Source of the DNA: an uncultured Haloferula sp.
GTDB taxonomy: Bacteria; Verrucomicrobiota; Verrucomicrobiia; Verrucomicrobiales; Akkermansiaceae
Length of the DNA stretch: 64,000 nucleotides
Assembly (NCBI GenBank): GCA_965652295.1
Contig: CBFGTS010000004.1
Location: forward strand, 1-64,000
Reading direction: 5' to 3'
A model generated the notes under the pieces. That model made no database searches, was not told the DNA's origin, and was given only the letters and a program-made list of their open reading frames with translations. Shown in pieces: positions 18,530-29,512 of the stretch. Every line of letters starts with the position of its first letter. Positions within the stretch are counted from its first letter, which is position 1. Made by a program: the position numbers and the translations under genes.

Positions 18530-19444
18530 TCATTTCCTTGCCACCGCCAGCAGTGTCTGGAAATGCGGAGGCTCCGGCTCGCGATCGACCACGGCGGTTT
18601 CGATCGAGGAAAACCCTGCCTTTTCCAGCATGGTCGATAGCTCGCCCTCGCCGAAGCCCAGCCAGGTGTCGGCGTAGAGTTCGCGCGCCTGCTCGAAGTT
18701 GTGTTCAAGAAGATCGAGGATCACGATCCGGCCGCCGCGCTTCAGAGCGGCGAAAGCCGAGTCGAGCGCTTTTTGAGGATGAGCCGCGTGGTGCAGGGCC
18801 TGGCTCAGGACGACGAGATCGACCGATGCCGGCTCCAGCGGCGGTGTCTCGATATCACCCACGCGGAATTCGAGGTTCGCGAGCCCGTGCTGGGTTGCGA
18901 GCGCGGTGCCGAACTCGACCATCTTTTCGGAGAGGTCGATAGCGATCACCTTGTCCGCACGTTGGGCGAGGAGCTGGGAAAGCGTGCCCTCGCCGGCACC
19001 GAGGTCCGCGACCACGCCGCCGGACATGACTTTGAGCAACGCCTCGGCGAGGCCTTTCCACGAGCGCCCAGGAACGTAATCGCGCCCGAAGCGGCCGGCG
19101 AGTTGATCGAAATAGAGCCGGGTGCGGTCCTGGCGTTTGCGGACGAGGTGGCGCAGCGCCGTAAGATCTTTCGGGGATTCCGGCAGTTCGGCCGCGGCGT
19201 CGCGCGCCAGCGAGGCGACTCCGGGGGGCATGCTCGAGCGGTAGATGTTGTTCTTTCCGCTGCGTTCATCCTCGACCAAGCCACCTGCCTTGAGCTGGGA
19301 AAGCTGGGTGGAAATCCGGCTCTGGCCCATCCCCAGCAGCTCCTGCAGGTCCGCCACGCTGAGCTCTTCCTGAGACAAAAGCTGGAGGATGCGAAGCCGC
19401 GTGGGGTCGGCCAGGAGCTTCAGAGATTTCAGCATTGACGCCAT
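18530..19444 (-). CDS. sahR: ArsR-HTH + SAM-dependent methyltransferase-fold regulator (SahR-like)
   Basis: [13 protein letters not shown]...[12 protein letters not shown]rsR domain; DLGAGEG SAM motif; LHH; divergent from metK-ahcY. Confidence 0.85.
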   Translation of the reverse strand: MASMLKSLKLLADPTRLRILQLLSQEELSVADLQELLGMGQSRISTQLSQLKAGGLVEDERSGKNNIYRSSMPPGVASLARDAAAELPESPKDLTALRHLVRKRQDRTRLYFDQLAGRFGRDYVPGRSWKGLAEALLKVMSGGVVADLGAGEGTLSQLLAQRADKVIAIDLSEKMVEFGTALATQHGLANLEFRVGDIETPPLEPASVDLVVLSQALHHAAHPQKALDSAFAALKRGGRIVILDLLEHNFEQARELYADTWLGFGEGELSTMLEKAGFSSIETAVVDREPEPPHFQTLLAVARK

Positions 19445-19456
19445 GCGCGACTGAAT

Positions 19457-19476
19457 ACATCAACGCATCGCGATTT
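19457..19476. promoter_or_regulatory. Candidate SahR operator in the 56-bp divergent spacer
   Basis: ATCAA-N6-GCGAT imperfect palindrome, resembling the ATCAA-N6-TTGAT type SahR site as I recall it. Confidence 0.35.
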
Positions 19477-19500
19477 GACGATACGAAAAACGACACGCCC

Positions 19501-20694
<1,194 letters not shown>

Positions 20695-20725
20695 CACTGA
20701 AACTCCAACCTTAGATTATTTTACG

Positions 20726-22156
20726 ATGACCGCAGTAGCTGAAACTCCCGTGCAAGATTACAAAGTCCGCGATCTCGGACTCGCCGACTTTGGCAGAAAA
20801 GAGATCGAAATCGCCGAGCATGAAATGCCGGGCCTGATGGCGACGCGTGCCAAGTATGGCGCCGAGAAGCCCCTCGAAGGCGTGCGCGTCATGGGCTCGC
20901 TGCACATGACGATCCAGACCGCCGTGCTGATCGAGACGCTGGTGGAACTCGGTGCCGAAGTGCGCTGGGTTTCCTGCAACATTTTCTCCACCCAGGACCA
21001 TGCCGCTGCGGCGATCGCCAAGGCCGGCGTGCCGGTTTTCGCGTGGAAGGGTGAAACGCTTGAGGAATACTGGTGGTGCACTTGGAAGGCGCTTCAGTTC
21101 CCCTGTGGCGGCGGCCCCGAGCTGATCGTCGATGACGGCGGCGACGCCACGCTGCTACTTCACAAGGGCTACGAAATGGAGAACGGCTCCGATTGGGTGA
21201 ACACCGCGTCCGGCAGCCAGGAAGAGCAGGTGATCAAGGATCTCCTCAAGAAGATCGGTGCCGAGCAACCGGGCATCTTCGCCAAGATGATCGCCGACTG
21301 GAAGGGCGTTTCGGAGGAGACCACCACCGGCGTCCACCGGCTCTATCAGATGGCCAAGGCGGGCAAGCTGCTCGTTCCGGCGATCAATGTGAACGACTCC
21401 GTCACCAAGTCGAAGTTCGACAACCTCTACGGCTGTCGCGAGTCGCTGGTCGATGGGATCAAGCGTGCCACCGACGTGATGATTTCCGGCAAGGTGGCCG
21501 TCGTTTGCGGCTACGGCGACGTCGGCAAGGGCTGCGCCCAAGCCCTTCGCGGCCAGGGTGCCCAGGTCGTGGTGACCGAGGTCGATCCGATCTGCGCGCT
21601 GCAGGCGGCGATGGAAGGATTCCGCGTGCTGACCGTCGAGGACACGCTCGGCTGGGGCGACATTTACGTCACCACCACCGGCAACTACGACATCATCCGC
21701 CTCGAACACATGGAGAAGATGAAGGATCAGGCGATCGTTTGTAACATCGGCCACTTCGACAACGAGATCCAGGTGGACAAGCTCAACAACGCGGCGGGTG
21801 TGGTGAGGACGAACATCAAGCCGCAGGTGGACAAGTACACCTTTCCGACCGGCAACAGCCTCTACATGCTGGCCGAAGGCCGCCTGGTGAACCTCGGCTG
21901 TGCGACCGGCCACCCGAGCTTCGTGATGTCGAACAGCTTCACCAACCAGACGCTCGCCCAGATCGACCTCTGGAAAAACAAGGACACCTACAAGCCCGGC
22001 CAGGTGATGGTGCTGCCGAAACACCTCGACGAGGAAGTCGCCCGACTCCACCTCCAGAAGATCGGTGCGAAGCTGACCAAGCTGACCGACGCGCAGGCCG
22101 ACTACATCGGCGTGCCGGTGGAAGGCCCGTTCAAGCCGGAGCACTACCGTTATTGA
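20726..22156 (+). CDS. ahcY: S-adenosyl-L-homocysteine hydrolase
   Basis: [51 protein letters not shown]. Confidence 0.98.
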   Translation: MTAVAETPVQDYKVRDLGLADFGRKEIEIAEHEMPGLMATRAKYGAEKPLEGVRVMGSLHMTIQTAVLIETLVELGAEVRWVSCNIFSTQDHAAAAIAKAGVPVFAWKGETLEEYWWCTWKALQFPCGGGPELIVDDGGDATLLLHKGYEMENGSDWVNTASGSQEEQVIKDLLKKIGAEQPGIFAKMIADWKGVSEETTTGVHRLYQMAKAGKLLVPAINVNDSVTKSKFDNLYGCRESLVDGIKRATDVMISGKVAVVCGYGDVGKGCAQALRGQGAQVVVTEVDPICALQAAMEGFRVLTVEDTLGWGDIYVTTTGNYDIIRLEHMEKMKDQAIVCNIGHFDNEIQVDKLNNAAGVVRTNIKPQVDKYTFPTGNSLYMLAEGRLVNLGCATGHPSFVMSNSFTNQTLAQIDLWKNKDTYKPGQVMVLPKHLDEEVARLHLQKIGAKLTKLTDAQADYIGVPVEGPFKPEHYRY

Positions 22157-22158
22157 AC

Positions 22159-22271
22159 CGTGGCGGCGGATTTCATCCGCCACGCCGATCGTTCCGCCCC
22201 TGCCAGCCTTGCTGGCGGGGGCGTTTTCTTGGTGGGGAAGGTCCGGTCTGACGGATGAAATCCGCCGCCAC
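22159..22271. repeat. Inverted pair of REP-like elements bracketing the ahcY terminator
   Basis: CGTGGCGGCGGATTTCATCCGCCACGCC (22159-22186) and its partial reverse complement CGGATGAAATCCGCCGCCAC (22252-22271). Confidence 0.75.
22195..22230 (+). terminator. Rho-independent terminator of metK-ahcY
   Basis: CGCCCCTGCCAGC-ctt-GCTGGCGGGGGCG-TTTTCTT. Confidence 0.8.
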
Positions 22272-22301
22272 AATTTTCCTCTTCTTGGCGCGATTTCCCT
22301 G

Positions 22302-22330
22302 TTGCAAATCCTGGATTTGCTCCCTAGCTT
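22302..22330 (+). promoter_or_regulatory. Sigma70 promoter of tRNA-Gln
   Basis: TTGCAA-17 nt-TAGCTT followed by a GC-rich discriminator. Confidence 0.65.
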
Positions 22331-22351
22331 CCCGCCCGCCGCAGGCACAGG

Positions 22352-22426
22352 AGCCCCTTAGTGTAATTGGTAACACACCTGATTTTGGTTCAGTATTTCC
22401 AGGTTCGAGTCCTGGGGGGGCTGCCA
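22352..22426 (+). tRNA. tRNA-Gln (anticodon TTG)
   Basis: Acceptor AGCCCCT/GGGGGCT, D-stem GTGT/ACAC, anticodon loop TT-TTG-GT, T-arm CCAGG-TTCGAGT-CCTGG, encoded CCA. Confidence 0.95.
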
Positions 22427-22587
22427 CTTCTGAGTCCATCCGGCGTTCACCCCGCGACTTGATGCGGGTTTGATGAAATGACGGTCTCGGATCGCCTTGG
22501 GTTCTTGTCAGGCTTTCCACGATCGACGGCAAGATCTGCGGAATTTCCTCTTTCTTCGCAGGGGGATCGGTCCTAGTTTCCGCGCCG

Positions 22588-23601
22588 ATGAGCGCCTGCC
22601 ACGGTCCCAAGATGCGGATGGACCCCGATCTTCACCAGGACAAGAAACCCTCCTGGATCAAAGTCCGCCTGCCGAATGATCCGGTGTTCTGGTCCACCAA
22701 GTCGCTGATCACCGACCTCAAGCTGGTCACGGTGTGCGAGGAGGCCCAGTGCCCGAACCGTTGGGAATGCTGGGGGCAGGGCACCGCGACCTTCATGATC
22801 GCCGGCGAGAAGTGCACCCGCGCCTGTGGGTTCTGTGCCGTGAAGACCGCGAAGCCGGATGCGCTGGAGGCCGATGAACCGGCCCGCGTCGCCGAGGCGA
22901 CCCGGCGGATGAAGCTCAAGCACGTGGTGATCACCGCCGTGGCCCGCGACGACCTCCGCGACGGAGGTGCCGAGCATTTCCAGCAAACGATCAAAGCGGT
23001 CCGCGCGCTCAATCCCGGAATCGTCATCGAGGTGCTGGTGCCGGACTTCAACGACCGCGACTGGGCGCTGCAAATGGTGATGGATGCCCGCCCGCACATC
23101 TTCAATCACAACCTCGAAACCGTGGAGCGACTCACTCCACTGGTGCGCTCGCGGGCGAAGTATTTCCGCAGTCTCGCGGTGCTGAAGAAAGCCAAGGCGA
23201 TGGTGAACGGCAAGGTCGCCACCAAGAGCGGGCTGATGCTCGGCCTGGGCGAGCAGAAGGACGAGGTACTCAAGGCGATGGACGACCTGCTGGAGCACGA
23301 CGTCACCGTGCTGACGCTCGGTCAGTACCTGAGACCGACCCCGAAACACCTGCCGGTGGTCGAGTATCTGCATCCCGACGTGTTCGCGGACTACAAGCGG
23401 ATCGCGCTGGAGAAGGGGTTTCGTCACGTGGCCAGCGGCCCGCTGGTGCGCAGCTCGTATCACGCTGCGGACTTCCGTCCGGAACTGGACATCCTCGAGG
23501 ACGCGGAAAAGGCGGCCGGTGGGGCGAAGATCGATCTCCAACCCGAGGACCTGCCGATCCCCGCGGCAAAGGGCGAGATCGTGAGTCGCTCGGTGGCTTG
23601 A
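22588..23601 (+). CDS. lipA: Lipoyl synthase
   Basis: TVCEEAQCPNRWEC, CTRACGFC radical SAM motif, FNHNLETV, GQYLRP, VRSSYHA. Confidence 0.97.
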   Translation: MSACHGPKMRMDPDLHQDKKPSWIKVRLPNDPVFWSTKSLITDLKLVTVCEEAQCPNRWECWGQGTATFMIAGEKCTRACGFCAVKTAKPDALEADEPARVAEATRRMKLKHVVITAVARDDLRDGGAEHFQQTIKAVRALNPGIVIEVLVPDFNDRDWALQMVMDARPHIFNHNLETVERLTPLVRSRAKYFRSLAVLKKAKAMVNGKVATKSGLMLGLGEQKDEVLKAMDDLLEHDVTVLTLGQYLRPTPKHLPVVEYLHPDVFADYKRIALEKGFRHVASGPLVRSSYHAADFRPELDILEDAEKAAGGAKIDLQPEDLPIPAAKGEIVSRSVA

Positions 23602-23650
23602 GGAGCGTGGGCAATCGTGCCCGTGTGGGAATGGGGAGGCGGCTGCGAAA

Positions 23651-24052
23651 TCAGAGGCTCGCGGCACCCTTCAGCCGGCTCATCTTCCGATCGAGGGTGA
23701 GCATCGTGAGCCCTTGTGAAGCGTAATCGTTCGTGATCAGCCGATCCAAAAGTCCGCAGCCATGATTCGCCGCGAGGGCTTCAAGGACCGGCGCACCGTT
23801 GAGAGGTGAGCAAAGGCCGCTGGTGAGCACGCTGATCATCGCCTTGCGTGCGGCCGCTTTGGCGATGCCGTAGTGATGTTGGAGCGCGATGTAGGCTTCT
23901 CCGATGACTTGGTTGGAAACGAAAAATTCGGAGCGGGGCTCGGCTTCGAGACGCTTCTCAAAACGCTCGACGGTTTCGAGGTATGCCGGCTCCGGGTCGC
24001 CGGTCAGCAGGCGCACGAAGATCGAGGTATCAATCCCGAAGCGATGGATCAT
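23651..24052 (-). CDS. PIN domain toxin
   Basis: GIDTSIFVRLL, VSNQVIGE, GLLDRLI, LTLDRKM; overlaps the upstream antitoxin. Confidence 0.85.
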   Translation of the reverse strand: MIHRFGIDTSIFVRLLTGDPEPAYLETVERFEKRLEAEPRSEFFVSNQVIGEAYIALQHHYGIAKAAARKAMISVLTSGLCSPLNGAPVLEALAANHGCGLLDRLITNDYASQGLTMLTLDRKMSRLKGAASL

Positions 24053-24272
24053 GAGGTTCCTGCCGGAAGGTTTCGAGATCGAAAGGACGGGCGGGATCTC
24101 CGATCAGATCCCGCAGGGGAGCGAGCTTGGAGCGGTCGATGGTGTGGGCTTTGATGAGGAAGCCGTTTTCGCTCGGCAAGAGTTCGAGGTGACTCCCGGG
24201 ACGAGCACCAAGAGCCTCCAGCACCGCTGCCGGGAAAGTGACTTGTCGCTTGCTGGTGACCTTGATGAGCAC
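24030..24272 (-). CDS. AbrB/MazE/SpoVT family antitoxin
   Basis: GTG start; KVTSKRQVTFPAAVLEALG..PG..LEL is an AbrB fold (last 80 aa of ORF 24030..25067). Confidence 0.85.
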   Translation of the reverse strand: MLIKVTSKRQVTFPAAVLEALGARPGSHLELLPSENGFLIKAHTIDRSKLAPLRDLIGDPARPFDLETFRQEPHDPSLRD

Positions 24273-24291
24273 GTCACACGTATCCGCCGCA

Positions 24292-24314
24292 TTACCAAAA
24301 TGGTCAAGTGGTAA
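24292..24314 (-). promoter_or_regulatory. Candidate operator of the AbrB-PIN operon
   Basis: Inverted repeat TTACCA-N11-TGGTAA enclosing a minus-strand TTGACC -35-like hexamer. Confidence 0.55.
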
Positions 24315-24352
24315 GGTGGACGGGCTCCGTGCGGCAGGATTGCCCGCTTGCC

Positions 24353-25255
24353 CTACGTTTCCACCCAGACCGACTTCAGGTAGCGCTCGCCGGTGAAATC
24401 GGGCGGCATGGGGGCGGTGACGAATTTCCGTGCGTGGGGGATCGCGTCGCGCAGGGCGTGGAGAAACGAGGCTTCGTTGAGCTGGCGGCAGTTGGTGCTG
24501 GCGAGGAGGATGCCGCCGGGGGCGAGACATTGGGCGGCGAGCGCGGCGAGGTGGCCGTAGTCGGTCTCCACTCGAAACACCTTGCCGTCCTTGTCTCGGG
24601 AAAAGGTGGGCGGATCGAGAACGATGGCGTCGAAGATGCGGCCCTGTTTCGCGAAGCGGGCGAGCCAGTGGAAGGTGTCGCCTTTGCAAAAGAAGTGCTG
24701 CGAGGGGTCGAAGCCGTTGTGTTCGAGGTTGCGCCTGGCCCAGTCGAGATAGGGCTGGGAAAGGTCGAGGGTGGTGGTGATCGCCCCGGCCGCAGCACCC
24801 GCGACCGAGAAGGCCCCGGTGTAGGCGAAGGTGTTGAGCAGGGTTTTTCCGGGGCCGAGGCGGTGTCGGAGGGCCAGGCGGTTGTCGCGCTGATCGAGGA
24901 AGATGCCCTGCGAGTAGCCGGACTGGAACGAGACCTCGTAGGAGAGGCCGTTCTCGAAGATCAGAAAGGGCTCGTCCACGGTCGGACCGGCGAAGTGGGC
25001 GGGCGATTCCTTCTGATGCTGGTCGAGCCGCTTGTGGTAAACGGAGCGACCCGAATTTCGCAGCCAATCGCTCATTTCCTGGGAAAGCCGGGTGTCTCGG
25101 GTGGAGAGGAGCCAGCGATCGGCAAAGGTTTCCAACTCAATGCCGTGAAACCCATCGCCGTCGCCGTCGATCAGGCGGAAGGCGTCGGTGGGCCCGCCCG
25201 CGGAGAGATCCATGGATTCACGGCGGGAGAGGGCGGCGTCGAAGCGGGTGGGCAT
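24353..25255 (-). CDS. Class I SAM-dependent rRNA methyltransferase (RlmI/RlmK-like)
   Basis: AFRLIDGDGDG, GIFLDQRDNR, LNTFAYTGAFS, IVLDPPTF, YLK. Confidence 0.88.
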   Translation of the reverse strand: MPTRFDAALSRRESMDLSAGGPTDAFRLIDGDGDGFHGIELETFADRWLLSTRDTRLSQEMSDWLRNSGRSVYHKRLDQHQKESPAHFAGPTVDEPFLIFENGLSYEVSFQSGYSQGIFLDQRDNRLALRHRLGPGKTLLNTFAYTGAFSVAGAAAGAITTTLDLSQPYLDWARRNLEHNGFDPSQHFFCKGDTFHWLARFAKQGRIFDAIVLDPPTFSRDKDGKVFRVETDYGHLAALAAQCLAPGGILLASTNCRQLNEASFLHALRDAIPHARKFVTAPMPPDFTGERYLKSVWVET

Positions 25256-25525
25256 ACCTGAGAACCGAAGTATCCAGCATTCAGTCGGAAGTCGTCAATG
25301 GCAGCTGCTTTCAGGACCGGTGGGCAGGTAGATTTCGTCTGGAAATCAGGAAATTCGAGGTCTTGATCATCTGTAAGGCGGTGATCGGCGTGTTCATCGG
25401 TAGAAAATCTACTGCAACTCGCAATATTTCAGGATTTGAGGTCCCAGGGCCTGTCCTGCGACGCGGGGGAGGATTCCAGAATTTCCGGGGTTGATGTCAG
25501 AGGCTTCCCAATGGAAGCTAGGAGA

Positions 25526-27358
25526 ATGCAAAAGAAGCTTTTCAAGGCTTTGATCTGGCTTGTTGTAGCAGTTGGGACTGCGAAGGGGGAGTATACCTTG
25601 TCTTTCGTGGTTGCCGACGGTGAAGCTGCCGTGGTCGGCTCGAATTCCGAGTATGACTACCCTTTATCGGATGTGGTGATTCCGTCCGCTTACGGGCAAT
25701 ATCCAGTCACTGCCATTAAAAGCAATTCGTTCGTTGCTGGGGCGCGAAGTGTCGAGATCCCGGTTTCCGTTCGGCAGATTGAGACCGGAGCCTTCTCCGG
25801 GGCACAGGAATTGACGGGCATTAACGTGGACCCGTTGAATCCCAATTATGCTTCCGTCAACGGGGTGCTTTTTGACAAAAGCGGCGATCTATTGCATACC
25901 TATCCAAGGGGGAGGAGTGAAATAGAATATGTAGTGCCAAGCGGAGTGGTGCGGATCGGAGGAGGTGCATTTACGTCTTCGAGTATTGAAAGGATTGTGC
26001 TTCCAGACGGCGTTACCCACATTGGTCAGTCTGCTTTCGCCTTTAGTCAAATTGAGGGTGTGGTTTTACCCTCGAGCGTGATCGAGATTGGTGTGTATGG
26101 ATTTGGGGAATGTTACAATCTCACAAATCTCGATCTTGGGTCTGGGGTGAGTGTTATAAGGTCCCATGCATTTATTGGAGCCCCTATCGAGTCTGTCACG
26201 CTGCCTCCGACGGTTTCTTTCGTGGGAGAACGGTCATTCGCATTGTGCTCATCTCTTCGGAATGTGTTTTTCGAAGGAGATGCTCCGGGAGATTTCACTG
26301 ATCCGTTCAGTGGGAACTCCCCGTTCTTCAAAATCTGGTTCACCGCTGGAGCAACGGGGTTTACCGTTCCCATCTGGGAGGGTTACCCCTCGGAGGAGCT
26401 AGGGACAAATAATCTTCCTCCGATTGCAGATGGCGGACCAGATCTATCTGTCGATGATGTCAATCAGGATGGTGAGGAAGCTGTCACGCTCGACGGAACA
26501 TCGTCATCGGATCCTGATGGGTCCATTTTTTCCTACCGTTGGTTCTGGGATGGCGGATCAGCTGTCGGAGCGACGGTCCAAGCAAGCTTTCCTGGTGGAG
26601 TGTCCGAGGTGACCCTCGAAGTGAGGGATGATCAAGGGGCGAGTGCCTATGATTCCCTTACTGTGACTGTGGGGGCTTCGCCACCGGGTTTGAACATTCC
26701 TTTGCTTGTCGAATCTCTACCCACGGAACCCGTAACTGTCGACGCCACGCCGGTGTCAGGCTTTCCAGCTGACTTCTTCTACCAATGGTATTTTAATGAC
26801 GTTCCAGTCCCAGACGGGGAAGGAGGGAAGTCTAACGCGATTGTGATCGAAGGGTATGTGACAAACGAGGGGACTTGGCGAGTCGTCGTGACGAACTCGA
26901 CTGGATCGTCAGAGTCTTCGTTTGAGTACCGCGTTCGCGTCGACAGGGATGGGGATGGGCTTTCCGACTCGGAGGAGGAAATGCTCTATCAGACCGATCC
27001 CGACAACGCTGATTCGGATGGTGATGGTTTGTCAGACTACCTTGAAGTGATCGACCATGGAACCAACCCCCGTGCCAGGGATTCCGATGATGACGGGTTT
27101 GATGATGCCTTTGAACTGAGCGTCGGGGCAGATCCTTTGGATGAAGCCAGTGCTCCAGACACTCATTCGGAGATCCTCACGGCAGTGGAATTCCGGTTCG
27201 CGTCGAAGGCGACTGTCCTCTATCGCATCGAATCGTCGGTCGATTTGGAGACTTGGACCCCAGTGGAATCGGGAATAGCTGGCAATGGTTCGCTGATCTC
27301 CAGACTGTATTCCACAAGGGTCATACCTGGGCGCTATTTTCGTGCTGTGGAAGAATAG
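25526..27358 (+). CDS. Secreted BspA-type LRR protein with PKD/Ig-like domains and DxDxDG calcium-binding repeats
   Basis: AGGAGA before ATG; signal peptide; repeats (V/I).LP.GV..IG..AF; NPNYASVNGVLFDK; PPIADGGPD...LDGTSSSDPDG PKD; D(R/S)DGDGLSD repeats; C-terminal YRIESSVDL..W...RYFR. Confidence 0.85.
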   Translation: MQKKLFKALIWLVVAVGTAKGEYTLSFVVADGEAAVVGSNSEYDYPLSDVVIPSAYGQYPVTAIKSNSFVAGARSVEIPVSVRQIETGAFSGAQELTGINVDPLNPNYASVNGVLFDKSGDLLHTYPRGRSEIEYVVPSGVVRIGGGAFTSSSIERIVLPDGVTHIGQSAFAFSQIEGVVLPSSVIEIGVYGFGECYNLTNLDLGSGVSVIRSHAFIGAPIESVTLPPTVSFVGERSFALCSSLRNVFFEGDAPGDFTDPFSGNSPFFKIWFTAGATGFTVPIWEGYPSEELGTNNLPPIADGGPDLSVDDVNQDGEEAVTLDGTSSSDPDGSIFSYRWFWDGGSAVGATVQASFPGGVSEVTLEVRDDQGASAYDSLTVTVGASPPGLNIPLLVESLPTEPVTVDATPVSGFPADFFYQWYFNDVPVPDGEGGKSNAIVIEGYVTNEGTWRVVVTNSTGSSESSFEYRVRVDRDGDGLSDSEEEMLYQTDPDNADSDGDGLSDYLEVIDHGTNPRARDSDDDGFDDAFELSVGADPLDEASAPDTHSEILTAVEFRFASKATVLYRIESSVDLETWTPVESGIAGNGSLISRLYSTRVIPGRYFRAVEE

Positions 27359-27580
27359 GGTGGGGGAGGATGTCTTCCCAGATTCGATGGGCGACACGAG
27401 GAGGGGGGCAATGGGTGGGTCAGAGAATCCGCTGAGAACAGTGGGTTCTGGTAGGAGTAGGGTTCTGAGATTTCGTTCTGGGGGGGGCTGGAACCACCCG
27501 GTCCAGAGCGGGTGAAAACCACGAGCTCTTGGCCAGTGGGCATTGCCACGAGGGGGGAGATCGCTAGGATCGCGCCCGAA

Positions 27581-29512
27581 ATGAGCGATCTCGCAGCCAC
27601 TCTCGACCAGGCCGTGTCGGCCGGAAAACTTCTCCAAAGCTCCCGCAAGAATATCGACCTGCTGCTGACCGGAGCCGCTTCGCCGGTCGCCGCGGCGTCG
27701 GTGACTGAACTTGCCGACGCGGGCGAATGGCAGGAGCTGAACGACCGGTTTTTCAAGACCCTCGCCTTCGGGACCGGCGGTCTGCGCGGACGGACGATCG
27801 GCCGGAAGGTGACCGCCGCCGAGCAGGGTGCGGGCGGCCCGAACGAGCGTCCGGAGCATCCGTGCGTGGGCACGGCCTCCATGAATTTTTTCAACGTTTC
27901 GCGCGCGGTGCGCGGGCTGATCGCCTACGTGAAGGTGCACGTCGGGACCGGCCGGAAGCCGAAACTGGTGTTCGCCCACGACACGCGGCATTTCTCGCGC
28001 GATTTCGCCGAATTCTGCGCCAAAACGGCGGCGGAGCTGGGTTGCGATGCCTATTTGTTTGAGGACGCTCGCTCGACGCCGCAGCTTTCATTTGCGGTCC
28101 GTGAGCTGCGCGCCGATGCCGGGGTGGTTTTAACCGCCTCACACAACCCTTCGCACGACAATGGTTTCAAAGCCTACTTTTCCGACGGCGCACAGATCGT
28201 CGAACCGCACGCGACGGCGATCATCCAGCAGGTCAACAGCATCCAGAGCGAGAAATTCGCGGCACTTCCGGAAGGCGAGCAGGGCACGGTGACGATTCTC
28301 GGTGCGGAGGCCGACCGCCGCTACATGGACCGGCTGCGCTCCTTGCTGATGCAGCCGTCGCTGCTCGAAGGCAGCTCGACGAAGGTGGTGTTCACCAGCA
28401 TCCACGGCACGGGCGGCCAGATCACGGCACCGATGCTTCGCGAGCTGGGCTTCGAGGTAATGACCGTGCCGGAACAGGAAGTGCGCGACGGTCGTTTCCC
28501 GACGGTGAAATCGCCGAACCCGGAAAACGCCGAGGCGCTGGAAATGGCCGTGGCTTTGGCGGAGAAGGAAAGCGCGGAGATCGTGATCGGCACCGATCCG
28601 GACAGCGACCGGATGGGCGTGGTGGCCCGCGACGGGACCGGCAAGATGCGCCTCCTCACGGGCAACCAGATCGGCTCGTTGATGGCGTGGTACCGCTGCA
28701 AGGCGGCGTTCGACATCGGCTGGCTCAATGACACCACCCGCGCTCGCGCGGTGCTGGTGAAGACCTTCGTGACGACCGAGCTGCAGAGCGCGATCGCGGC
28801 GAAGTTCGGGATCGGGGTGGTGAACACCCTGACCGGCTTCAAATACATCGCGGAAAAGCTCGGCAAGTATGAGAACGCGATTCCGGCTGACAAGAAGGGC
28901 AGCGATTACCGCGATCTCGACGAGGACACGACCCGCAAGCTGCGGCTTGAATACTCGCGCTTCTTCCTTTTCGGCGGCGAGGAGAGCTACGGCTACCTCG
29001 GCTGCGATTTCGTCCGCGATAAGGACGCCAACGGCGCGGCGGTGATGTTCGCGGAAGTGGCTGCGTATGCCAAATCGGTCGGCACCACGCTGCCGGATCT
29101 GCTGGATGAGATCTATCGCGAGTTCGGCTACTTCCTGGAACAGGGAAAGGCGATGGTGATGGAGGGTGCCGATGGGGCCGCGAAGATCCAGGCGCTGGCG
29201 AAATCCTACTCGGAGAGCCCGCCGACGGAGATCGATGGCGCGGAGGTCGAGAGGGTCCGCGATTTCAAAACGGAGACGATTTTCGACGAGGAGGGCGACG
29301 AGTTGCCGAAGGAAGGCATGCTGTTCGTGGATCTCGCGGATGGCCGCTCGTTTGCGGTGCGGCCGTCCGGGACCGAGCCGAAGATCAAGTTCTACCTCTT
29401 CGGCCGCTCGGCACCGGGTGGGGATCTGGAGGCCTCGAAGACGGCGGTGACCGAAGGGCTGGCGAAGCTCTGGTCGGCGATTGAAGCCGACGCGCAGTCG
29501 CGCCTGTCCTGA
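27581..29512 (+). CDS. pgm: Phospho-sugar mutase (phosphoglucomutase/phosphomannomutase)
   Basis: FGTGGLRG, LTASHNP, DPDSDR, GEESYG, RPSGTEPKIK. Confidence 0.93.
   Translation: MSDLAATLDQAVSAGKLLQSSRKNIDLLLTGAASPVAAASVTELADAGEWQELNDRFFKTLAFGTGGLRGRTIGRKVTAAEQGAGGPNERPEHPCVGTASMNFFNVSRAVRGLIAYVKVHVGTGRKPKLVFAHDTRHFSRDFAEFCAKTAAELGCDAYLFEDARSTPQLSFAVRELRADAGVVLTASHNPSHDNGFKAYFSDGAQIVEPHATAIIQQVNSIQSEKFAALPEGEQGTVTILGAEADRRYMDRLRSLLMQPSLLEGSSTKVVFTSIHGTGGQITAPMLRELGFEVMTVPEQEVRDGRFPTVKSPNPENAEALEMAVALAEKESAEIVIGTDPDSDRMGVVARDGTGKMRLLTGNQIGSLMAWYRCKAAFDIGWLNDTTRARAVLVKTFVTTELQSAIAAKFGIGVVNTLTGFKYIAEKLGKYENAIPADKKGSDYRDLDEDTTRKLRLEYSRFFLFGGEESYGYLGCDFVRDKDANGAAVMFAEVAAYAKSVGTTLPDLLDEIYREFGYFLEQGKAMVMEGADGAAKIQALAKSYSESPPTEIDGAEVERVRDFKTETIFDEEGDELPKEGMLFVDLADGRSFAVRPSGTEPKIKFYLFGRSAPGGDLEASKTAVTEGLAKLWSAIEADAQSRLS

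Noticed and set aside
19445..19500. SAM riboswitch upstream of metK
   Set aside because: The spacer is only 56 bp, lacks recognisable SAM riboswitch elements, and a protein regulator is adjacent.
24273..25067. 345-aa ORF 24030..25067 as one protein
   Set aside because: Only the last 80 aa (AbrB antitoxin) are protein-like; the rest overlaps the methyltransferase in another frame.
22352..25300. tRNA-Gln as an integration site for an island
   Set aside because: No integrase and no duplicated tRNA 3' end seen; lipA follows directly.
26935..27150. Repeated GATGG/GACGG-rich units as a CRISPR or DNA repeat array
   Set aside because: They encode DxDxDG calcium-binding repeats within the CDS; no constant repeat-spacer structure. 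No CRISPR array or cas gene was seen in the window.
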